A stretch of DNA of 64,000 nt, taken from the NCBI GenBank assembly GCA_963763085.1, contig CAVXNB010000004.1, forward strand, positions 672,659 through 736,658, given 5' to 3'. Each line of letters opens with the position of its first letter. The stretch's first letter is position 1. The notes under the pieces are model-generated. The model did not search any database. It saw only the letters and a list, made by a program, of their open reading frames with translations, and was not told the origin of the DNA. Both the position numbers and the translations under genes were made by a program. This document shows, piece after piece, positions 19,890-29,073 of the stretch. This stretch comes from an uncultured Acidimicrobiaceae bacterium. Its GTDB lineage: Bacteria > Actinomycetota > Acidimicrobiia > Acidimicrobiales > Bog-793.

Positions 19890-20591
19890 TTAGTCGCGAG
19901 GCGGCCGGAGCACGTAACCGACCCCGCGCACCGTGTGTATCAGGTGCGGCTCGGTGAAGTCGATCTTCTTTCTCAGATAGCTGACGTAGGTCTCGAGCAC
20001 GCCGGCGTCGCCCCCGAAGTCGTAGTTCCAGACGTGGTCGAGGAGCTGGGAGCGGGTGAGCACCCGGCGCGGGTTGGCGAGGAGGTAGCGGAGCAGCCGG
20101 TACTCGGTTGCCGTCAGGTCGATGAGCTGTCCGGCGCGGCGCACCTCGTGGGCGTCGTCGTCCATCTCGAGGTCGGCGAGCTCGAGCAACTCGCGGGTGG
20201 GGCCGCCCTTGCCGGCGCGCCGAAGGATGGCCTGGGTGCGGGCCACGAGCTCGGCCACACTGAACGGCTTGGTGACGTAGTCGTCCCCACCGATCGTGAG
20301 GCCGCGGACCTTGTCCTCGGTGCCGTCGCGGGCCGTGAGGAAGAGCACCGGGATGTTGCGCCGGTCGCGCCGGAGGCGCTCGGCGATGTTGAAGCCGTCG
20401 ATGTCGGGCAGCATCACGTCGAGCATGATGAGGTCCGGACGGAAGGCGTCGACCTGCTCGAGCGCCCGGTACCCGCTGGACGCGGTCTCGACGTCGAAGC
20501 CCTCGTAGCGAAGCGCCATCGAGACGAGCTCGGTGATGGACTCCTCGTCGTCGACGACGAGAACCCGTGGGCCTGATTCTCCTATTGTCAC
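19890..20591 (-). CDS. OmpR-family response regulator (MprA-like)
   Basis: 233 aa. Receiver domain (VLVVDDE...IMLDVMLPDIDG, conserved Asp). Winged-helix C-terminus (LTATEYRLLRYLLANPRRVLTRSQLL...VRGVGYVL). Confidence 0.85.
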   Translation of the reverse strand: MTIGESGPRVLVVDDEESITELVSMALRYEGFDVETASSGYRALEQVDAFRPDLIMLDVMLPDIDGFNIAERLRRDRRNIPVLFLTARDGTEDKVRGLTIGGDDYVTKPFSVAELVARTQAILRRAGKGGPTRELLELADLEMDDDAHEVRRAGQLIDLTATEYRLLRYLLANPRRVLTRSQLLDHVWNYDFGGDAGVLETYVSYLRKKIDFTEPHLIHTVRGVGYVLRPPRD

Positions 20592-20652
20592 GCCTCTATT
20601 GTGGCCGATAAAGCTGTGAGTTTGCTGAGAGTGCAGCGTGAACGCGGCTCTA

Positions 20653-20666
20653 CGAACGTGTGTTCG
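20653..20666. promoter_or_regulatory. LexA SOS box upstream of dnaE2
   Basis: aCGAACGTGTGTTCGA: 11/12 match to TCGAAC-N4-GTTCGA, 22 bp upstream of the dnaE2 start. Confidence 0.65.
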
Positions 20667-20688
20667 ATAGTCGCATTATCCTGATTCA

Positions 20689-23600
20689 GTGGCCGGGTAC
20701 GCAGAGCTCCACTGCCATTCGAATTTCAGTTTCCTCGACGGTGCCTCCTACCCCGAGGAACTCGTCGCCGAAGCCGCCCGGCTCGAGCTCGGGGCGCTGG
20801 CACTGACCGACCACGACGGGCTCTACGGGGTGGTGCGCTTTGCCGAGGCGGCAAAGGAGGTGGGAGTGCCAACCGTCTTCGGCACCGAGCTCACCCTGGC
20901 CGGCCACGGCCCGGAGGGTTCGGGAGGCGCTGTGGCCGGGCGCCTCGCGGGCGCCGCGGGCGCCCCCGCCGCCCCGGCAGCGCCACGCACCGGGGTCCCC
21001 GACCCGGCCGGTTCCCACCTCGTCGTCCTTGCCCGAGATCCCGAGGGCTACGCCCGCCTCGCCCGCGCCATCAGCGAGGGCCATCTCGCCGGCGGCGAGA
21101 AAGGTCGTCCCCGTCACGACCTCGACCGCCTGGCCGAGCTCGCCGGCGGCCACTTCCTCATCCTGACGGGTTGTCGCAAGGGAGCCGTGCCTGCTGCGCT
21201 CGTCGAAGCCGGTCCTGGTGCGGCCGCGAGAGAGCTCGACCGCCTCGTCGAGCGGTTCGGCCGCGAGAACGTCGTCGTCGAGCTGTTCGACCACGACGAC
21301 CCCCTCGACTCGGCCCGCAACGACGCCCTGGCCGCTCTCGCGGTGCGCAGTGACCTCGGCATCGTCGCGACGAACGTCGTTCACCACGCCGTGCCCGCCG
21401 GCCGTCGCCTCGCCTCCGTTCTCGCCTCGGTCCGAGCCGGCCGTCCTCTCGACGAGCTCGACGGATGGTTGCCAGCCGCAGGGGCCGCCTACCTGCGCTC
21501 GGGAGCCGAGCAGGCCCGGCGGTTCGCCCGCTATCCGGGGGCGGTCGAGCTTGCCGCCGAGCTCGGGCGGGCCTGCTCGTTCGACCTCCACCTCGTCGCT
21601 CCCAAGCTCCCCGATTTTCCCGTGCCTGCGGGTCACAGCGAGATGACCTTCCTGCGGCAGCTCGTAAAGGAGGGGGCGACCCGGCGCTACGGGACACCCG
21701 GGGCCGAGCGGGTGCCCGGCGCGTGGCTACAGCTGGAGCACGAATTGGCAATGATCGAGGAGCTGGGATTTGCCGGCTACTTCCTCGTCGTGTGGGACAT
21801 CGTCGAGTTCTGCCGGCGCTCGGGGATCTACTGCCAGGGTCGAGGGTCCGCAGCGAGCTCCGCCGTCTGCTACGTGCTGGGGATCACCAACGCGGATGCC
21901 GTCGCGCTCGGCCTGCTGTTCGAGCGCTTCCTGTCCCCCGAGCGCGACGGGCCGCCCGACATCGACGTGGACATCGAGAGCGGGCGGCGCGAGGAGGTCA
22001 TCCAGTACGTCTACGGGCGCTACGGCCGGGAGCGGGCCGCCCTCGTGGCGGTCGTCGTGAGCTACCGGGCCCGGTCCGCCGTGCGGGACGCCGCCAAGGC
22101 CCTCGGCCACTCGCCCGGGCAGATCGACGCCTGGGCAAAACGTATCGACCAGTGGGGCTCTCTCGGTGGCGCCCACCAGCCCGCCGCGCCGCACCGCAAG
22201 AACCGCTGGACGTGGTGGAGCGCCGCCGCCGAGGGCGAGGCAGCACGCCGGTCGGCGGCGGCCGGCGGGGCCGGCGGGGCTGGCGGGCCGGCGCGGGCGG
22301 GACCGGCGACGGCCGCCCTGGTCGTGACGACGTCGCCGTCGAGCCCGGCCCCGGGGAGGCCGCGAGCGAGCTCGGGATCCCGGCCAGGGTGCTGGCGGTG
22401 GCGACCGAGCTGGAGGGCTTTCCCCGCCACCTCGGCATCCATCCCGGCGGCATGGTGATCTGCGACCGGCCGGTCTCGGAGGTCTGCCCGGTCGAGTGGG
22501 CGCGCATGGAGAACCGGACCGTGCTCCAGTGGGACAAGGACGACTGCGCGGCAGTCGGTCTCGTGAAGTTCGACCTTCTCGGCCTCGGGATGCTCGAGGC
22601 GATCCACCGGGCCGTCGACACCGTCGCCGCCTACCACCACGACGAGATCGACCTCGCCATGATCCCCCAGGAGGATCCGGTCTACGACATGTTGTGCCGC
22701 GGTGACTCGGTGGGGCTCTTCCAGGTGGAGAGCAGGGCGCAGATGGCCACGTTGCCCCGGTTGCGACCGCGCTGTTTCTACGACCTCGTCGTCGAGGTCG
22801 CCCTCATCCGCCCCGGACCGATCCAGGGAGGGTCGGTCCATCCCTACCTGCGCCGGCGCAACGGGGCGGAGGAGGTGACGTTCCTGCATCCCTGTTTCGA
22901 GCGGAGCTTGGAGAAGACCCTCGGGGTGCCGCTGTTCCAGGAGCAGCTCATGCAGATGGCGATCGACGCCGCCGGGTTCTCGGCGGCGGAGGCCGACCAG
23001 CTCCGCCAAGCCATGGGCTCGAAACGATCCGCCTCCCGCATGGAACGCCTCCGCGCCCGCCTCTACGAGGGGATGGCCGAGCGGGGGATCACCGGGGAGA
23101 CCGCGGACACCGTCTGGGAGCAGCTGGCCGCCTTCGCCAACTTCGGTTTCCCCGAGAGCCACTCGGTGTCCTTCGCCTACCTCGTCTACGTGAGCGCGTG
23201 GCTGAAGCTGCACTACCCGGCGGCGTTCCTGGCCTCACTGCTCAACTCCCAGCCGATGGGCTTCTGGGCACCGCACACCCTCGTCGCCGACGCCCGGCGT
23301 CACGGGGTCGTCGTCCTCGGCCCGGACGTGAACGAGTCCGAAGCGGGGGCCTCGCTCGAGCCGGCGCCCGAAGCCGGCGCCGGTCCTGTCGTGCGCCTCG
23401 GGCTCGCGTCGGTGAAAGGGGTCGGCGACGACCTCGCCACTGTCATCGCGGCCGAGCGACCGTATGTCGACCTGGAGGATCTCGTCCGCCGGAGCGGCAT
23501 CGGCCGGCCCGCGCTCGAAGCCCTCGCCACGTCGGGCGCCGCCGCCGGCCTCGGCGGGCCTGCCGCCGGCGGTGGCGCGCAGGGCGCAGGGCGCCGCCCG

Positions 23601-24143
23601 TTAACCCGCCGTGAGGCGCTCTGGGCGGCGGGCGCAGCCGCCGAAGCGCGCCCGGACCGCCTTCCGGGCACCGTGGTCGGGACGAAGCCGCCGCCGCTCC
23701 CCGAGATGGACGAGATCGAGGAGATGGCCGCCGACCTGCAGACCCTCGGGCTGTCGCCCGGCTCTTCCCCGATGGCATTCGTCCGGGCCAAGCTCACCAG
23801 CCGAGGGGTGGTGCCGAACGCCGAGCTGGTGAAGGTGGCCGACGGGGCCAAGGTCCTCGTCGCCGGCGTGGTGACCCATCGGCAGCGGCCGGCTACGGCG
23901 GGGGGGACGACGTTTCTCAATCTGGAGGACGAGACGGGGCTCGTGAACGTCATCTGCTCGCCGGGGTGCTGGACCCGCTACCGCAAGGCGGCCCGCTCGG
24001 CCGTCGTGCTGCTCGTACGGGGGCGGCTCGAGCGGGGAGAGGGAGCCGACCCGGATGCGCCGCCGTCCTCGAACGTGGTGGCGGAGTACCTGGAGGAGGT
24101 CGACTTCGCGATGGCGGTCGGTCCCTCGAGGGACTTCCACTGA
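20689..24143 (+). CDS. dnaE2: error-prone DNA polymerase III alpha subunit DnaE2 (ImuC), one frameshift in a GC-rich low-complexity linker
   Basis: ORF 20689..22458 has the PHP domain (ELHCHSNFSFLDGAS...ALTDHDG). ORF 21465..24143 carries the polymerase core (HLGIHPGGMVICDRP, VKFDLLGLGML, GLFQVESRAQMATLPRL, FGFPESHS) and the OB fold. Frames differ (1 vs 0) with the switch around 22200-22330 inside a (GGC/GGG)n tract. Confidence 0.8.
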
Positions 24144-24185
24144 CGCGACGGCCGGCTCGGTTCGACGCGCGAACCTTGTCGCGGT

Positions 24186-25227
24186 GCGCAGATCTCGACA
24201 GCGACCCCATGGCCGGGCGCGCGCACCGGTCCGGCTCGCCGCGGGCCTCGTGCTGCTGAGCCTCGCGACAGCCGCGTGCGCGTCACCGGCGGCCGCCCGC
24301 GGCTCGACATCGACCCGCCCTGTCATTACCACCACGCTCGAGCCCCCGAGCTCGTCCGGGCCCGGCACCTCGTCCACGACGACCACGCAGGCAGGCGGGA
24401 CCCGGGGAGCCGGCACCGGCCGAGCCGGCGTGCCGGCCTTCTCGCATGTCTTCGTCGTCATGATGGAGAACCTCGGATACTCCTTGGCGCTCGCCACCCC
24501 GGGATTCGAGTCGCTCGCGTCGCGCTATGCCAGCGCCTCGAACTACTACGCCGTGGGTCACCCGAGCCTCCCGAACTACCTGGCGATCACAAGTGGCGGC
24601 ACCTGGGGCATCGAGAGCGACTGCACCGACTGCTACGTCGACGAGCCGAACATCGGCGAGCAGCTCTCAAAGGCAAAGATCTCCTGGGGTGCGTACTTCG
24701 AAAACGTGCCGACCGCGTGCTACCTGGCGCCGTACTGGGGCGACTACTACGCCGGCAAGCACAATCCGTTCCGCTACTACGACGACATCCGCTCCAGCCG
24801 GGCGCTGTGCTCGCACCTTGTGCCCTACCGCCGGTTGCCTCCCCTCCTCGCCGGACCGGCGGCCAAGGTGCCTCGCTACGTGTGGGTGACGCCGAACCTG
24901 TGTGACGACGGCCACAACTGCACGCCGGCGATCGCGGCCGCCTGGCTCGACCGGTTCGTGGCCGGCGTCGTCAAGAGCGCGGCGTGGAAAGCCCACGGTG
25001 TCCTGATCGTCACCTGGGACGAGTCCGACAGCGGCGGCCCGGCAGGCGGACAGGTCCTGACCCTTGTCATCTCGCCGGGGCTCCGGCCGGGGCTCAAGGT
25101 GGCGGTCCCCTACACGCACTACTCCGTGCTGGCCACGATCGAAGACGCCTTCCGACTGCCCTTGCTGGGCGCCGCCCGGTCGGCGAAGCCGATGACCGCC
25201 TTCTGGCGTCGGCCGGGCTCGGGTTAG
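24186..25227 (+). CDS. phosphoesterase-family lipoprotein (acid phosphatase / phospholipase C-like)
   Basis: Lipoprotein signal (RAPVRLAAGLVLLSLATAACA). Ser/Thr/Pro linker. Phosphoesterase-like core (VFVVMMENLGYS...HPSLPNYLAITSG...VTPNLCDDGHN...VTWDESD). Start uncertain (GTG near 24186 in the 24055 frame). Confidence 0.6.
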
Positions 25228-28200
25228 GGAACCTCGGCCGTCGCTCTCGAGACGGCCTGAGCCCGGACGAGCATCGGAGTCGTCCCCAGTCGCTCGAAGG
25301 TCATGGCCGCCTCGCCGGCGAGTGCGGCGGCCTCGTCCTGACGGTTCCGGCCGGACAGGTACTCCGCCCGGTCCAGCTGTGCAAGAGCCATCCAATAGGG
25401 ATAACCGAGCTCTCGCAGCTTCTCCTCCACCGCCATGAGGTCCTTCTCCACAGCGTCGTCGTCGCCCCTCGAAGCTGCGAGCAGCGCCTCTGCCCGAGCT
25501 ACCTGTGTCCGGAGGAAGGGCGGGATGGCTCCCGGTGCCAGGGCGGCGAACATCGCCGTCAGACGCTCGGCCGCGGCGAGATCTGAAAGGGCGATCGCCG
25601 AGTCGACGGCGTCCGGGAAGGCACTTCGGATCGTCTCGTGAGAGAAGTCGAAGTTTCCACGCATCGCCTCGTCGAGCGCTCGGCTCGCCGCCTCAAAGGC
25701 GCGTCGGTGGTCTCCCTCCGCCCGCGAGACGGTCGCCGCGCCTGCCTCGTACATGACGCGAAGCTGCAAGTCATCGCTCTGGGAGAAGCCGTGGCAGAGG
25801 GAGAGATGCTCTCGGGCAGCCTCGAGCTCCCCCTTCAGCGCCATCACGTAGGAGAGCCTCAGGTGAAGCTCGCCGGCCCCTGGCCGATCGTCACCACCGT
25901 TCTTCAGGAGATCGCTCGCAAGCCGGATCGCCTCGTCGATTCGCCCCGCCATCGTGAGGACGTAGATGAGATTGCTGGCCGCGAACGCCTCGTCTTCTCT
26001 CGCCCCGGAGCGGCGGGCAATCGCAAGACCCGCCAGGCAGTGCTCCTCGGCTCCCGGGAGGTCGTGCGTCATCAGGACGTCAGCGAGGTTTCCTTCCGCG
26101 CGCAGCTCGACGCGGGTCACGCCGAGACGGCGGGCGACGGCGACGGCGCCCTCGAAGTGCAGACGGCCCTCCTCGTACCTCCCGGCCGCCACGAGGCGCA
26201 CGCCCCTCGAGTTGAGGGCGCGGGCGAGCACGTCGGGGATCTCGTAGCGCTGCGCCAGGATGAGGGCACGTTCGATGGGCTCGGTCGAGGCTTCGGGGTG
26301 ACCGGTGAAGTAGAGGGCGGTTCCCAACGCAAGCTGCAGCTCGGCGACGACGCTGGCCGGGGCTGTCGTCTCGTTGAGGGTGGCGAGTGCCTCGGACGTC
26401 CGGGTCACCGTCAGCTCGCCCCGGCCGAGGGCGTTGAGGGCCGTACCGAGGCGGGCGGTGACCCGACCGGCGTCCACGGTTCGCCCGGCCTTGACGTGGG
26501 CGGCGATCGCCGTTTCGAAGTGGTCGACGGACCGCTCGTTCCAGCCTGCAAACTGCGCCATCCGGCCGGCATCTTCGGCGAAGCCGGCCTGTTCGGTGTC
26601 GTCGGAGCTCAGTTCCGCGGCCTTGAGGTAGGCCGACTCGGCCGCTTCCGGTGCGCCGACGACCTCCGCCCGCTCGGCGGCCAGCACGTAGGCCCGGCGA
26701 GCGCGATCGCGAAGCTCGCCTGCGTCGGGGTCCTCGCCGGCGGCCCTGTAAGCGTCGTAGAGGTGGGCGCCGATTACCTCGGAGACCTCGGCTCCGCCGT
26801 CGGGAAAAGCCGACTGCAGGTGCTCGGCGGTCTTCACATGGCGCGCCTTGCGCTCGGCCCTCGTCAACATGTCGTACGCGACTGATCGGATGAGGGACTG
26901 AGTGAATGCGTACTGGCCGCGCTCGGGTGACAGCTTGTCGGCGCGGACGGTCAGCACCTCCTTGCGAACGAGCGAGCTGAGCAGGTCGTCGAGGTCGGCC
27001 GTGTCGATGTCGGAGACCGCCTCGATCGCCTGGCGGGGGAAGCTGCCCCCCATCACCGAGCATTCCTTCACGAGGCGCCGTTCGTTGGGCTCGAGCGCGT
27101 CGAGGCGGGAGGCGATGAGAGCCGTCAGCCCTGGAGGCGTCTCGAGGGTACCGAGCTCGCCTACCAGGTGCAGAGCCCCGTCGGCGTCTCGTTCCAGGAC
27201 GGCCTTGTCGAGCAGTCCTCTCACGGTCTCGATCGCATAGAGCGGGATCCCCTCCGCGCGCTCGACGATGCGGGCGCGCGCGAGTTGCGGCAACCCCGAG
27301 ACGAGCCCGTCCAAGAGCTCGCCCATGACCTCGTCGGACAGCGGATCGAGCGGGAGGGTCGTCACGGATCGGCGCGAACGCCCGAGGCCAGTGCGATCGC
27401 TCCCCTCCGGACGCGACAACACGACGAGGAACAGGGCATGGTCGCCCGACCATTCGAGCAAGTGGTCCAGGAAGTCGACCATGCCGGCGTCGGCCCACTG
27501 GAGATCCTCGACGACCATGACGACCGGCAGGTACTCCGACAGCCGTTCGAAGAAGAGCCTCCAGCCCGAGAAGAGCTCTTCTTTCGCCATCACCTGGGGG
27601 CTCGGCAGCCCGAGCAGCTGACCGAGCCGGGGCGCGATGAAGGCCCGGTCTGCCGGATCCGGGATCCATCGCTCCAGCCCGGTGCGAACCCGCTCGGCGA
27701 CGACGTCCTGGGGATCCTCCTCGCCGATCTGAAGGCGGGCGCGGACCATCTCCGAGAGCGCCCAGTAGCTCACGCCCTCCCCGTAGGAAAGGCAGCGGCC
27801 CGCGTGCCACAGCACGTCCCCGGCCAGGCCGTCGATGTACTTGAAGAACTCCCAGGCCAGGCGCGACTTGCCGACGCCGGCGACCCCCGACACGAGCACG
27901 AGGCGTGCCAGTTGGCGCTCGGCGGTGCCGTGGAACAGCTCCTTGACGAGGCGCAGCTCGTGGTCACGCCCGATGAATGGGGCCTCGAGGACACCGGAGC
28001 GTTGCGAGCCGGCGACGGCGGCGACGACCCGCGTCGCCTGGTAGAGGTGGACGACCTCGGCCTTCCCCTTCAGCTCGTGCTCGCCGGCGTCGACGTAGGC
28101 GATGGCGGCCGCGGTCGCCGCCCGGGTCGTCTCGTCGACGTAACAGCACCCCGGCGGGGCGGCCGACTGGATGCGCGCAGCGGTGTTCACCCGGTCGCCG

Positions 28201-28775
28201 ATGACGAGGCCCTCCTCGGCCGTCTCGGTCGTGGCCGCGCCGCCGGTCACGACTCCGACGCGTGCCCGGAGGTCGGTCCCGTGCTCGACCCCGTAAGCGG
28301 CGACGGCCGAGACGAGCTCGAGGCCGGCCCGGACGGCGCGCTCGGCGTCGTCCTCCTTCGCGACCGGGGCGCCCCAGACGGCCATGACGGCGTCGCCAAT
28401 GAACTTTTCCACAACGCCCCCGTACCGGGCGACGATGGCCCGGGCGAGCTCGAAGTAGCCCGAGAGGAGCTCGCGCACCTCCTCGGGGTCGTGGCGCTCC
28501 GCCAGGGGCGTGAACCCGACCAGGTCGCAGAACAGCACCGAGACGTGGCGGAGCTCGGCGCCGCCCGCGCCCGGCGGTTGGTCGTCCCCGCGGGAGGGAG
28601 CCGATGCGCCGCCGGTTGCAGCAGGCGTGACGGTCGTCCCGCACTCGCTGCAGAACTTCGCGTGGGAGGGGAGGACCGTTCCACAGCTCGCGCAGTTGCG
28701 CGCCAGGGGGCTGCCGCACTCGAGGCAGAATTTCGCGCCCGAGGGGTTCTCAGATCCACACTGTCCGCAGAGCAT
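25224..28775 (-). CDS. multidomain signalling protein: double zinc ribbon, class III adenylate/guanylate cyclase, AAA/NACHT-like ATPase, TPR-like repeats
   Basis: Intact single frame. N-terminal CGQCGSENPSGAKFCLECG...CASCG...CSECG zinc ribbons. Cyclase core (RHVSVLFCDLVGFTPLAERHD...FIGDAVMAVWGAP...GVVTGGA...GDRVNTAARIQS). Walker A (VLVSGVAGVGKSRLAWEF). Long helical repeat C-terminus. ATG at 28775 has a GGGAG RBS 6 nt upstream; the longer ORF from 28919 starts with low-complexity residues. Confidence 0.85.
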   Translation of the reverse strand: MLCGQCGSENPSGAKFCLECGSPLARNCASCGTVLPSHAKFCSECGTTVTPAATGGASAPSRGDDQPPGAGGAELRHVSVLFCDLVGFTPLAERHDPEEVRELLSGYFELARAIVARYGGVVEKFIGDAVMAVWGAPVAKEDDAERAVRAGLELVSAVAAYGVEHGTDLRARVGVVTGGAATTETAEEGLVIGDRVNTAARIQSAAPPGCCYVDETTRAATAAAIAYVDAGEHELKGKAEVVHLYQATRVVAAVAGSQRSGVLEAPFIGRDHELRLVKELFHGTAERQLARLVLVSGVAGVGKSRLAWEFFKYIDGLAGDVLWHAGRCLSYGEGVSYWALSEMVRARLQIGEEDPQDVVAERVRTGLERWIPDPADRAFIAPRLGQLLGLPSPQVMAKEELFSGWRLFFERLSEYLPVVMVVEDLQWADAGMVDFLDHLLEWSGDHALFLVVLSRPEGSDRTGLGRSRRSVTTLPLDPLSDEVMGELLDGLVSGLPQLARARIVERAEGIPLYAIETVRGLLDKAVLERDADGALHLVGELGTLETPPGLTALIASRLDALEPNERRLVKECSVMGGSFPRQAIEAVSDIDTADLDDLLSSLVRKEVLTVRADKLSPERGQYAFTQSLIRSVAYDMLTRAERKARHVKTAEHLQSAFPDGGAEVSEVIGAHLYDAYRAAGEDPDAGELRDRARRAYVLAAERAEVVGAPEAAESAYLKAAELSSDDTEQAGFAEDAGRMAQFAGWNERSVDHFETAIAAHVKAGRTVDAGRVTARLGTALNALGRGELTVTRTSEALATLNETTAPASVVAELQLALGTALYFTGHPEASTEPIERALILAQRYEIPDVLARALNSRGVRLVAAGRYEEGRLHFEGAVAVARRLGVTRVELRAEGNLADVLMTHDLPGAEEHCLAGLAIARRSGAREDEAFAASNLIYVLTMAGRIDEAIRLASDLLKNGGDDRPGAGELHLRLSYVMALKGELEAAREHLSLCHGFSQSDDLQLRVMYEAGAATVSRAEGDHRRAFEAASRALDEAMRGNFDFSHETIRSAFPDAVDSAIALSDLAAAERLTAMFAALAPGAIPPFLRTQVARAEALLAASRGDDDAVEKDLMAVEEKLRELGYPYWMALAQLDRAEYLSGRNRQDEAAALAGEAAMTFERLGTTPMLVRAQAVSRATAEVP

Positions 28776-29073
28776 CGGTGACTCCCTTGCCCACGGCTTC
28801 GAAGAGGTCGCCTCCGGGGGAGCTGACTCCAATGAGTTCCTGCTCACGGTAGTGCAAGGCAGGAGATGGACGCACCCGGAGCCCTCGTGCCCAGACACGA
28901 CGGCGGCGCGGGTGGGCAAAGCGGAGCTGGGAGAGGCTAGGTTGCGTAGCTGTTGCGCCGCAGCGGCACGTCAGCCAGCCGGCGCCCGGTTCCACGAGGC
29001 GCGCCTCGGTGCTCGGGCCGGTGACCGTACACAGACCGATACCCCCCAGACCTGAGACGGAGACCCGGGATCG

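Noticed and set aside
26080-27810. 576-aa ORF in an alternative frame inside the adenylate cyclase gene
   Set aside because: Arg-rich junk translation. The cyclase frame carries all the domain signatures.
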